A DNA stretch of 64,000 nucleotides from Bacillota bacterium (lineage in GTDB: Bacteria > Bacillota > Ch66 > Ch109): assembly GCA_050952625.1 (NCBI GenBank), contig JBMNLH010000001.1, positions 576,001 to 640,000 on the forward strand. The letters run 5' to 3'. A program made the position numbers and the translations under genes. How positions within the stretch are numbered: position 1 is the first letter of the stretch; every line of letters starts with the position of its first letter. Under the pieces are notes generated by a model, which had not been told where the DNA came from, ran no database searches, and saw nothing but the letters and a program-made list of their open reading frames with translations. Positions 63,498 through 64,000 of the stretch are shown piece by piece.

Positions 63498-64000
63498 ATG
63501 AAACGAATGATGGTTTATTTGTTGCTTAGCTGTTTCGTGATTACAACCTTAACGCCGGGAAGTGCCTTAGCGGAAAACCCGGTTTTAACAGACATCAAGG
63601 GCCACTGGGCCGCCAAACAAATTGAGCGTCTGGTGGACAGCGGTTACGTCAAGGGCTACTCAGATAATACCTTTAAACCTAATCAGTCGGTAACCAGAGC
63701 GGAGTTCTTTTGTTTACTCGTCCAGGCTCAAGGATCCATCCCTTCAGCCGCATCAACGAACAGTTTTTCAGACACCGTTAAGCATTGGGCTAGTGCCTAT
63801 ATTGAACAAGCAGTAAGAAGCGGTATCTTGCTGCCTGCCGAGTATCCCAACGGCTTAAAACCGGATAGACCGATCCTGCGCAGCGAAGTGGCGGCCGCTA
63901 TTATTCGGGCTTTAGGCATGGGCCCATCTGCCGGAAGCGTTTCTTTTCCCGACAAAGATAAAGTTGAACAAAGTGATTATAAAGGGTTTATAAAGACAGC
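63498..64000 (+). CDS. SLH-domain surface protein, 3'-truncated by the window edge
   Basis: GAAGGAGG RBS, MKRMMVYLLLSC signal peptide, and TDIKGHWA..GYSDNTFKPNQSVTRAEF. Confidence 0.85.
   Translation, partial: MKRMMVYLLLSCFVITTLTPGSALAENPVLTDIKGHWAAKQIERLVDSGYVKGYSDNTFKPNQSVTRAEFFCLLVQAQGSIPSAASTNSFSDTVKHWASAYIEQAVRSGILLPAEYPNGLKPDRPILRSEVAAAIIRALGMGPSAGSVSFPDKDKVEQSDYKGFIKT

Overview
This is a 64-kb window from an anaerobic, spore-forming Firmicute (Clostridia-like; it carries SLH proteins, bofC- and spoIID-like genes and a T-box). The left 27 kb is an accessory island. A ModE-type wHTH fused to a TupA-like oxyanion-binding domain lies upstream of two palindromic operators and two Moco-class riboswitches. 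Both riboswitches lack stem P3, the variant associated with tungsten cofactor. The downstream genes encode secreted, S-layer-, membrane- and lipid-anchored proteins carrying about 12 sulfite-oxidase-like molybdopterin-binding (Oxidored_molyb-like) domains. They are accompanied by an ExbB/TolQ plus DUF2149 pair, a secreted metallophosphoesterase, an SLH scaffold and an ECF transporter whose S component carries the same domain. My best interpretation, which is an inference, is an Isd/Hmu-like cell-surface system for capturing and importing tungsten/molybdenum cofactor. The rest of the window holds a two-domain nitrilase, thiL/thiD, a stressosome coupled to an RsbU_N-GGDEF cyclase, nadE, and a c-di-GMP-I riboswitch MCP-cheW cassette. 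It ends with the conserved yebC-bofC-queH-spoIID-queA-tgt-yajC-secDF-recJ-relA-dtd-hemZ-hisS-aspS-6S block, which lacks ruvCAB and apt. Several families of small intergenic repeats occur. Many frameshifts, including in relA, recJ and hemZ, suggest assembly indel errors. All domain calls come from reading motifs by eye, not from database searches.
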